DNA of 64,000 bases from Octopus sinensis (Eukaryota): positions 70,246,001-70,310,000 of the forward strand of contig NC_043001.1 of assembly GCF_006345805.1 (NCBI RefSeq). The letters are read 5' to 3'. How positions within the stretch are numbered: the stretch's first letter is position 1; every line of letters begins with the position of its first letter. A model generated the notes under the pieces. That model made no database searches and was not told where the DNA came from. It saw only the letters and a list, made by a program, of their open reading frames with translations. Positions 56,403-64,000 of this stretch are shown piece by piece. The position numbers and the translations under genes were made by a program.

Positions 56403-57334
56403 AGGTATATTTTTATTAATACTTAGCAGAAGTAACAGAGTGATTCAAGGTGCGAGAGTTTCGTGCATTGGTTCTCATCAAGTGCCGACGCACGACTGGT
56501 GTCAATTCATTCGACAAAAAAAGAAACAAAAGTCGGTGTCCCAGTATAGCCGCAGCCTATATAGTCGGTGCCCCAGTTTATCCGCAGACTGAAACAAGTA
56601 AACGATAAAAGATAAAGATTATCCGCGCAAGATATTGAGGAACACTCATCGCCTTTTTACAACAGGTGACTCAATCATCCTAGTTTCTTATCGACAAATA
56701 CTTGGCCGTCAACTATACAGAAGCCTTGTGAATGAAACTGAGGAACTGGTTCATGTAGGGCTCGTTGGATGGAATGCATCTACAGCTCAAATCTGCAATT
56801 GATCACACTATGTCCTGCTGATTTTGTCTGATTTTTTTTAAAGGGCTCAAGTGCCTGCAGAGTCTCAGCCATCTAATCGACTGAAAATATATCTCAGTTG
56901 ATGGGACAACTGACTATTTATCAACAAAACCGACGGAAATCCATACAAGAGACATCTACATCAACCCATCCATACTTTTTTTTACTTATATTTATATTTT
57001 TCGCTATGTATATAAATATCTGTGGCAGTAGGTGGCCGTCCCTTTCTTCCTCACTTGCTCTGTATATTTACACACAGATACACACAAACACACAAACAAG
57101 CAAACACACGCATACGCATACATATATGTAAACATGTGTGCTTGTCTGTGTAGACAAATGTAAGTCCGTGCATATATTTATATGCAGACGCGCATGTATA
57201 TTTAGAAACGAGTCTGTTCACTATCATAGTGGGTGATCCATATTCATGTACGCACATAGCTTCTAAGTTATTTCTTTGTTTGCATAGATATGTTTATATA
57301 TCAACGTCTTCAGAAGTGAATGGTGAATAGTTGA

Positions 57335-57339
<5 letters not shown>

Positions 57340-57407
<68 letters not shown>

Positions 57408-57972
57408 GATATATTGGTAGACATGTAATTGGCATAAATGTCAATTCCTTAGTATTTACCTGATATGTACAGAGCATTTATAGATAAATATATGTATGGA
57501 TATATCTTTTAATATATATATATATGGGTACATATATACATGTGTGTGTGTATATACATACATACATATATGCATACACATATACATATATAATATTCAT
57601 ATGTATACATATATATATATATGTACATCCTCCATACATGTACGTGTTAATGAATATATATAAATATATATATATATATACATATATGTGTCTTTGAGTG
57701 TGTGTGCGTGTGAGTACGTGAGTGTGTATATATATGTGCCTGTATGTATGTATGTATGTATGTATGTATGTATGTATGTATGTATGTATGTATGTATGTA
57801 TGTATGTATGTATGTATGTATGTATGTATGTATGTATGTATGTATGTATGTATGTGTGTATGTATATATAAATAATCTTAAGTTTAATGAAAGCATGATG
57901 CTGCTCCCGAACTGAACTCTGGACGATTGATGTTCGCTTCTGATAATAAGACAAAGAACTCTCTCGCTCTTT

Positions 57973-58067
<95 letters not shown>

Positions 58068-58090
58068 CATTTCTCTCTCATTCTCTCTGA
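57340..58090. repeat. Cluster of (CT)n, (TATG)n and TA/CA microsatellites
   Basis: Direct reading; source of the RE/YIHT ORFs. Confidence 0.9.
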
Positions 58091-59122
58091 CTAGTTGACT
58101 CTAACTAGAAACAAACCAAACCACATGAGTTTGCCGGAATCAAATAAGAAAATATATCAAACAAGAATTACAAATCCAACTATCGCAAGTGTTTTTTTTT
58201 TTATTACTGCGCTTTTTTTCTTTTTCTTATTCTTTACATGGAGAAAAGAAGCAGTAATGCTAATCCACCGTGTAAAGGGATTAAGAAATTTATCATGCGA
58301 TATTCCTATGAAGGATTACCAGAATGTTATGCTTCGCTTCTATTTACCAATAACAATATATATTAAATAAAAAAAAAAGATAATAATGTTTAAAAAATAT
58401 CAAAGCCAGTGGGAGAAATAAGTAAAAAGATATTTCTGTGGTAGAGAAGAAAAATTATACATAAAGAAAGACAGCGGCGTATGTATATCTACGTGATCCA
58501 ACATAGAATGAATTTGGTGTTTACTGTGTTTTTATTTTCTAATTCTGTGTATAGATGGGGATTAAATAAACACTACTTATTTGTATATAGACTGATCTGT
58601 GATCTTTCCCTAAGCATGATACATATTATTTAAAAACAACGAACGTCGGCAAAGTAGTTGTAGGTGGGTCGATCGATCTAATACTTATACAAATGCAAGA
58701 TTATAGTCATACACACAGCGTATGTGTGTGTGTGTGCGTGTGTGTGTGTGTTTTATGGGAAAGAGAGAAAATAAAATATATAATAAACAGGGAAGGAAAG
58801 AAACTAGATATGTAAACGAAAGATCGCAGGTAAATATAGAGCGAATATACTCGAGTGAATACAAAGACAATATCGGCAACAGGCCACAAGAAGTGAAAAT
58901 AAAAGTAAAGATTGTTACCGAGAAAAGTACTGAAACGCTTCTAAATATGTACGTGTATATGTGTGTGCGAATGCGTCTTTGTGTGTCTGTGTAGCACATA
59001 CATACATATAATAATATATATATAATATATATATATATGTATATATAGATATACATATTTAGAAATACATATGCGTGTATGTGTGTGTACCACACACACT
59101 ATATATACATAATATATATATT

Positions 59123-59157
<35 letters not shown>

Positions 59158-59239
59158 TTTATATATATATTGAGAGAAAGAGAGAGAAAGAGGAGAGAGA
59201 GATCTTGTCCTGGTCCTCAAGTCTTCAATGGAGTTGTAG

Positions 59240-59480
59240 ATACCGTCATATCAAAAAAGTGAAAAATGTGACCCATAATTTTAGAACTGAATTTCCCATA
59301 CACCCAGGCCTGGCCGCAGCTGATTTCTACCAGAAGTAAAGACAAAAAAGAGACAGGCACAAACAGCGGAGAGAGAAGCACTTGTAATGCCGGAGTGGTT
59401 TTCAGTTAATCACGAAGGATTAAACCAGAATTTTTCTCCTCATTACCAGGAGACGGAACGATTACCGCAAAACATTTTAT
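59240..59480 (+). pseudogene. Possible mariner C-terminal remnant
   Basis: FPIHPGLAAADFY resembles YSPDLAPADFY. Confidence 0.35.
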
Positions 59481-59574
59481 TCGTCAGTCTAACGACTCTG
59501 ACAATTAGACGCTATTGTTTATACAGACGCAGATAAACTGGCAAGCACGTACAAAACACCCACTCAATATGCAT

Positions 59575-59790
59575 GTTCCCAATACAGCATGTTACATGAT
59601 TGGGTTGTCAGCAACTACACTGGCAATCCCACCTAGTTTGCTTGATGAGAAGGGCGAGTTTTGGACACCCAGCCCGTCAATGGGCGGAAGAATTCAGGGG
59701 AGTGAATGGTCATCCAAGATAGTCAAGAGTAAATGGTGCTCACCAGTCGTATTGAAGACAATCTACATAGGAGAAAGCAATCCCTGAAAT
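59575..59790 (+). mobile_element. Diverged copy of the 9172-9585 repeat
   Basis: ttgcttgatgagaagggcgagttttggacacccagc aligns with 9255-9292. Confidence 0.65.
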
Positions 59791-59980
59791 AAAAGAAAAA
59801 AAACATTCGGTGAGGATTTGCAACCAGCTAATTCTATCTTGTACAGAAAAGATTATGATACGAATATGTTATTGATTCCTCTATGGCTGACTGATAAAAA
59901 AGACATAAATAAGCATATACTCTTACTCTCTTTTACTCTTTTACTTGTTTCAGCCATCAGGCTGAGGCCATGCTGGGGCA

Positions 59981-60022
<42 letters not shown>

Positions 60023-60239
60023 TTATAATTATGAGTATATAATCTTATAGTAGAGAAATATTTAGTTTTATCTGCCATTTCTAATTTCGGTATGTGGTGA
60101 AGCATTTTTGCTGAACCCTATAATAATTATAATCATAATTATAAAATTCTATGTATAAGCTTACCGATATGGTTTCTTTTAACATACAGAAGTACTTGGT
60201 AAATTATTAATTACTATTAGTTAATTTTCCCAGTACTAT

Positions 60240-60280
<41 letters not shown>

Positions 60281-60294
60281 CATATATATATATA

Positions 60295-60373
<79 letters not shown>

Positions 60374-60375
<2 letters not shown>

Positions 60376-60505
60376 CGGTGATTTATTTGCATAGCAAGTG
60401 ACTTGACTAACATCGTGTGCTGAAACAAAAACAATGAAGTGTAGAAGATGCTTACAAGCCATTAACGAACACACAAAAAACAGTTAGAAATATTGCAACA
60501 TTTAA
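60374..60505 (-). mobile_element. Repeat family X, abutting the first HHR of the tandem unit
   Basis: Reverse complement aligns over about 130 bp with 16965-17105. Confidence 0.72.
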
Positions 60506-60565
60506 TTCTACTGAAGAGGAAAAAATTTATTATGAGATAAATTCCGAAATTGATTCAATATAGAA
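60506..60565 (+). ncRNA. Type I hammerhead, complete
   Basis: Stem I TTCTA/TAGAA, CTGAAGA, GGAA/TTCC, GAAA, stem III ATTG-att-CAAT, AUA triplet. Confidence 0.85.
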
Positions 60566-61014
60566 ATAACGAACTTTTTTTTTTTAATTCTGTTGGCTAG
60601 CTTTCGCGATTTCAGCACAACATATTTCTGTAGCGGGTATAATAATGTGTGGAAATTGACGATTTAAAAGTATGTTATCAGCATATTGGCATAGAAATAA
60701 TTTTCTTTTGCCCTTGTTTATAAGTTGTTTATAATTTTAACCTTTAAAGGTATTTTAAAATGCTGCCACTTTTTTGATTAAATTCTTTTCTGTAAAAACA
60801 ATTCATCCTATATTAGTAGTAGATTTATTAATATTCGCTATAGGGACTGGTAACCACTATAAGCTGTGGTGGAGAAGAGTTCACACGTGTGCTGAGGCTA
60901 ACCAAAGGATTTTATATTTAGATATATCTGGGGTACTTATATGTGCTCATGATTTGTACTTCGGGTTTTTTTTCCATGGGTGCATGTAAGTATTTCCTAT
61001 ATTTCTATTCGTAT

Positions 61015-61076
61015 TTCCTACTGAAGAGGAAAAAATCTATTATGAGATTAATTCCGAAATTGGTTCAATATAGAAA
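61015..61076 (+). ncRNA. Type I hammerhead, complete (second copy)
   Basis: Same core; stem II GGAA/TTCC plus AATCT/AGATT; 3 substitutions in 60 nt versus copy 1. Confidence 0.82.
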
Positions 61077-61338
61077 TAACGAACTTTAAAAATAAAAACT
61101 GTTGGCTAGCTTTCCTCGATTTTAGCACAACGTATTTCTGTAGCGGGTATAATAATATGTGGGAATTGACGATTTAAAAGTCTGTCATCAGCATATTGGC
61201 ATAGAAATAATTTTCTTTTGCCCTTGTTTATAAGTTGTTTATAATTTTAAACTTTAAAGGTATTTTAATATGTTGCCACTTTTTTGATAAAATTTTTTTC
61301 TGTAAAAAATTAATCCTATATTAGCAGTAGTAGTAGTA

Positions 61339-61383
<45 letters not shown>

Positions 61384-61384
61384 G

Positions 61385-61590
61385 ATAATAAAAATATAAA
61401 AATACAACAAACAGAGAAGAGAAAACAACAAAGCGAGAACGTGGAACAAGTATGGTGTTATTGGACGCTCAGGGAATGAAAGAAAGAAGGAGGATTTAAC
61501 GTTTCGAGCGGAGCACTTCGTCAGAAACCTAGAAAAAGGAAAGATCCAAGAATGGGAAGACGGAGAAAAAAATCGCCAACGATACACACG
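61385..61590 (-). mobile_element. Short HHR-bearing element, family of 54575-54778
   Basis: Reverse complement aligns with 54575-54778. Confidence 0.75.
61494..61528 (-). ncRNA. Minimal hammerhead, CTGACGA core
   Basis: Minus: GTTT CTGACGA A GTGC tcc GCTC GAAA CGT T AAAT (one stem II mismatch). Confidence 0.68.
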
Positions 61591-61644
61591 CGGGCACATC
61601 TTATAAATATATATACATATATATATATACATATATATACAGAT

Positions 61645-61812
61645 CGGTGTATCAAAACAACAAAAATATTTTGGCAAATTAAATTTAAATGTTGAAGTGA
61701 ATCTAAAGGTTTTTCTGTTTTTATAAGGCTTATATACACCTTCCACGCTGCAATTATTTTTCTTTCAACACTCGATCTCAGATGAGGTCACTTGCTATGA
61801 AGTATACCTCCG

Positions 61813-61815
<3 letters not shown>
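61645..61815 (+). mobile_element. Repeat family X
   Basis: Aligns with 16965-17105. Confidence 0.72.
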
Positions 61816-61855
<40 letters not shown>

Positions 61856-61943
61856 CATCCGAAACTCGGAGTTTTATCATGGCTACTGAATAATTGTCAC
61901 ATATTATATTTACAGATATACGAACACACACACTCGCATGCAG

Positions 61944-61978
<35 letters not shown>

Positions 61979-61983
61979 TACAT

Positions 61984-62102
<119 letters not shown>

Positions 62103-62288
62103 TCGAATACCAAATATACTGTAATATACTACTTATTAAAGTCAAGTCAAATCTTTACAAATTGCTACTCAGATTTTCACGTCAGTTCCTCGGACGTTTG
62201 CGTTAATACTGAACAATAAATTTTGACAGTTCTGTATTTCGGAGATGAGGAATTTGACGGATATTTATCATCATATTGTTTGTTGTTA

Positions 62289-62332
62289 ACACAACGTTTC
62301 GGCTGATATACCCTCCAGACTTCGTCAGGTGT
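62289..62332 (-). ncRNA. Minimal hammerhead, CTGACGA core
   Basis: ACAC CTGACGA A GTCTG..CAGCC GAAA CGT T GTGT. Confidence 0.72.
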
Positions 62333-62461
62333 GTTGGGGAAATTTCGAAGCTGGATTTCATTCCTAAGGTATTTTTCGATGTTGTTGTAGTCATTATTAT
62401 TATTATTGTTGTTATTGTTGTTGTTGTCAATGATGATGATGTTGATAATAATAAAGAAGAC

Positions 62462-62574
62462 GAAGAAGAAGAAGAAGAAGAAGAAGAAGAAGAAGAAGAA
62501 GAAGAAGAAGAAGAAGAAGAAGAAGAAGAAGAAGAAGAAGAAGAAGAAGAAGAAGAAGAAGAAGAAGAAGAAGA
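62462..62574. repeat. (GAA)n microsatellite
   Basis: Direct reading. Confidence 0.97.
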
Positions 62575-62621
62575 TCGAAAATACGTTAAGAAGAAGAAAC
62601 CAGGTTCGAAATTTCCCCAAG

Positions 62622-62665
62622 ACACCCGATGAAGCCTGGAGGGTACATCAGCCGAAACGTTGTGT
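62622..62665 (+). ncRNA. Minimal hammerhead, CCGATGA core
   Basis: ACAC CCGATGA A GCCTG..CAGCC GAAA CGT T GTGT. Confidence 0.68.
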
Positions 62666-64000
62666 TAACAACAAACAAGATGTGGACAAATATCCATGAA
62701 ATGTAAATAATGTAAATAATGAATAAATTATGAGTATATATAATATAGTATAATATCGTTTTCGTAGTTCAACGAATAAGCATTTCAATATAATTGTGTA
62801 ATTGATTTTTGAAAAAAATGGAGTAATATTGGCTGTCAATACAATTAACTTTTTAGGAGGAGGAATAAAATATCAACAATAATTAGCTTTAAGAAAATTT
62901 GTGTAAAAGCAAGTAAAAAGGACTATATTTAGAAATGGGAATTCTAAATAGTTAAGAGGAATGTAATAGAAGTGCAAAAGGAGGAGGTTTTAAAACTGAA
63001 ATTGGAAATGAACTTAAAGATTAAAAGATGTAGATGAAAATAAAATAAGTAAACAAGCAGAAAATTATACGTCAAAATTAGAAGCAAAAGAAACAATTGC
63101 AATAATAAGAGAGAGGGAGAGAGAGAGAGAGAGGGAGAGAGAGAGAAAGAGAGAAGTAATGTAAAAACGCAAAATATATAGAAGGAAAGTGAGATAAAAG
63201 AAAGAAAAGAAAGAATGAAAAAGAAAATGGGATGAGCATATACGGCAAAATGGAGATAAAAATGAGAAGTAAATACAAGCGGGTGCGGGAGGAATATTTA
63301 CGTTAACAATACAAACATAAAATAGCTGTGGTGAATATGATGTAACGAATAAGTCTCTGGAGTGGTAGAAGGTTGATCGCTAGTTTAGAAGGACAGAGAA
63401 TCAAAAGGATGCAGAAAGCATAGGACCATAATATGCGAACACACAGACACAGTAAAATTATGACTAAAATGTATAATAGAGAGAAGGTAAAAGAATATGT
63501 ATATGCTAAAAAATAAATATAAATATCAAACTAAGACATCGACATCTGAATGTGCGTACAAATACACACACACAAACCTGCATATACACACACATACATA
63601 AATACATGCAAATTACAGACACACATATACAATCGCATACATATAACTAGATACTTACATACCGACAACCCAGTACTTACCACACACACAAGATAAGTAT
63701 AACACATGAGGAGACACTTATATAAGTATCCCCGTAATGAATAACATATATGCGTCTGTATGCTTATTGGTGTTGTGTGTATTTGTCTTGTGCATATATG
63801 CATTTACATTACTTTCACCTTATTTTAATTCTTCCCAACTCATATCCCGTGAATTTGCCGTGGCTTGAATTTACTGGTCTTTTCACATAAACGCTATGCA
63901 TGACATTTGAATTCAAAACTTGATTGTGTAGATAGAAGTTGAAACATTTCTATTGCCGGTCGGAATTCATTCTAGCCCCAAGCTAAAGTCTTGCTTTGAT

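Larger units (their letters stand above)
60506..61330 (+). mobile_element. Two-HHR LTR-like non-coding unit (retrozyme-like or PLE pseudo-LTR tandem)
   Basis: 60508-60820 is repeated at 61018-61330 (offset 510 at the HHR) with a spacer of about 195 bp. Confidence 0.8.
62259..62695. mobile_element. Inverted PLE-like terminal arms (62259-62380, 62574-62695) around a compound microsatellite
   Basis: Arms are near reverse complements over about 120 bp and each carries an HHR; NTELSKFI motif on minus at 62215-62245. Confidence 0.85.

Overview
AT-rich, microsatellite-saturated eukaryotic DNA. It is most likely an octopus genome; this is inferred from the SINE families and simple-repeat landscape and was not checked against a database. 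No intact host protein-coding gene is supported: the ORF track is almost all low-complexity translation or transposon remnants. Recognisable content: Penelope-like elements (PLEs), including one with pseudo-LTRs; two R4/Dong-type RLE LINE fragments in (TAA)n; a CRE-like remnant; Tc1/mariner derivatives; a hAT-ended chimera; several non-autonomous Helitrons; and several SINE families. The main finding is a dense set of type I hammerhead ribozyme (HHR) motifs read by eye. About 11 are intact or near-intact, from at least 6 sequence families on both strands, with further decayed copies. They include an LTR-like unit with two intact HHRs 510 nt apart (60506-61330; retrozyme/circRNA-like), minimal HHRs with a loop-less ACGT stem III plus an extra A after CUGANGA, a head-to-head HHR pair around (GAA)n, and recurrent CCGA core variants. 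All folds and alignments were done manually; catalytic activity is untested and unanchored boundaries are approximate.
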